Origin: Gaiellaceae bacterium
Lineage (GTDB): Bacteria > Actinomycetota > Thermoleophilia > Gaiellales > Gaiellaceae
NCBI GenBank assembly: GCA_035943915.1
Contig: DASZBP010000360.1
Span: forward strand, 1-41,388
Reading direction: 5' to 3'
DNA: 41,388 nucleotides
Numbering within the stretch: position 1 is the first letter of the stretch; the number at the start of each line of letters is the position of its first letter. Positions 41,101 to 41,388 of this stretch are shown piece after piece. A program made the position numbers and the translations under genes. The notes under the pieces were generated by a model. The model did no database searches. It was not told the DNA's origin and saw only the letters and a program-made list of their open reading frames with translations.

Positions 41101-41388
41101 GCACGCCTTCGTACAGGTCGCCGAACTGCGCGACGCGCTCGAGCACGACGTCCATCGTGTAGATCGACGGGTTCAGCTTGTCGTTCACCTCGTCCCAGCG
41201 CAGCGGGGTCGACACGGGTGCGTTCGGCTTCGGCCGCACCGAGTAGACGGACGCGATCGTCTTACCTTCACCGTTCTGGTTCGAGTCGATCAGCACGCCG
41301 CGCCGCTTCGCCTTCGACCACTCGGTCGTCGCGAGCTTCGGGTGCGTGCGCGCGATCGCGCCGGCGACGATCTCCGCGAACTGGCGTG
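41054..41388 (-). CDS. ligD: LigD polymerase/primase-domain protein (NHEJ), C-terminal part only; gene continues past window end
   Basis: Frame is open to base 41388. ...KRRGVLIDSNQNGEGKTIASVYSVRPKPNAPVSTPLRWDEV matches the conserved end of LigD PolDom. Confidence 0.75.
   Translation of the reverse strand, partial: RQFAEIVAGAIARTHPKLATTEWSKAKRRGVLIDSNQNGEGKTIASVYSVRPKPNAPVSTPLRWDEVNDKLNPSIYTMDVVLERVAQFGDLYEGVLKTRQSLSKALAQIS

Noticed and set aside
1-41388. CRISPR arrays, IS elements or transposases, toxin-antitoxin pairs, and prophage genes.
   Set aside because: Reading both strands revealed no direct-repeat/spacer arrays, terminal inverted repeats, transposase or integrase motifs, or typical TA gene pairs.

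Overview
High-GC (about 70%), very gene-dense chromosomal segment, most consistent with an Actinomycetota-type genome (class not determinable by eye). I can support about 50 protein-coding genes and one tRNA-Lys(CTT). I see no rRNA, CRISPR array, IS element, integrase or prophage.

Gene blocks, left to right:
- A DUF4097 repeat protein with a coupled 50-codon ORF.
- tRNA-Lys.
- A Wbp-like UDP-sugar cassette: 2-epimerase, 6-dehydrogenase, Gfo/Idh/MocA oxidoreductase and hexapeptide acetyltransferase.
- A long minus-strand unit: MFS, rmlA, rmlC, rmlD, rmlB, SpoIID-like protein, S8 peptidase.
- A CitE-like lyase.
- An MMPL transporter plus a polytopic membrane protein.
- Hsp20 and Lon.
- A lipoprotein head to head with a YtxH-like protein.
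- An acidic protein, methyltransferase and M23 peptidase.
- A TSUP (TauE/SafE) transporter split into two half-genes.
- OtsB.
- A soluble LytS-type kinase with a LytTR regulator.
- NUDIX and VOC genes.
- An overlap-coupled PolX, aromatic-amino-acid-decarboxylase-like, HAD, YbjQ and GNAT unit.
- Ppm1-like GT2, TrxA, PfkB kinase and a methyltransferase.
- An orphan 239-aa protein.
- An overlap-coupled unit of MrfA/SftH-type helicase, GNAT, DGPF protein, ECF42-type sigma factor, tandem GNAT and MarC.
- A membrane protein and the 3' end of a LigD polymerase-domain gene.

Genome style is itself notable:
- Same-strand genes are mostly joined by ATGA/GTGA/TTGA overlaps.
- Divergent genes have start codons 7-27 nt apart or overlapping, often with a TANNNT hexamer 6-8 nt upstream, which suggests leaderless mRNAs.
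- Convergent genes overlap at their 3' ends.

I cannot point to a clear-cut new defence or mobile system. The best candidates for something not yet described are the helicase/DGPF/ECF42/GNAT/MarC unit with a candidate internal ECF-type promoter, the PolX-linked decarboxylase/HAD/YbjQ/GNAT cassette, the split TSUP pair, and several orphan proteins. All family calls come from motif recognition by eye and need HMM/BLAST confirmation.
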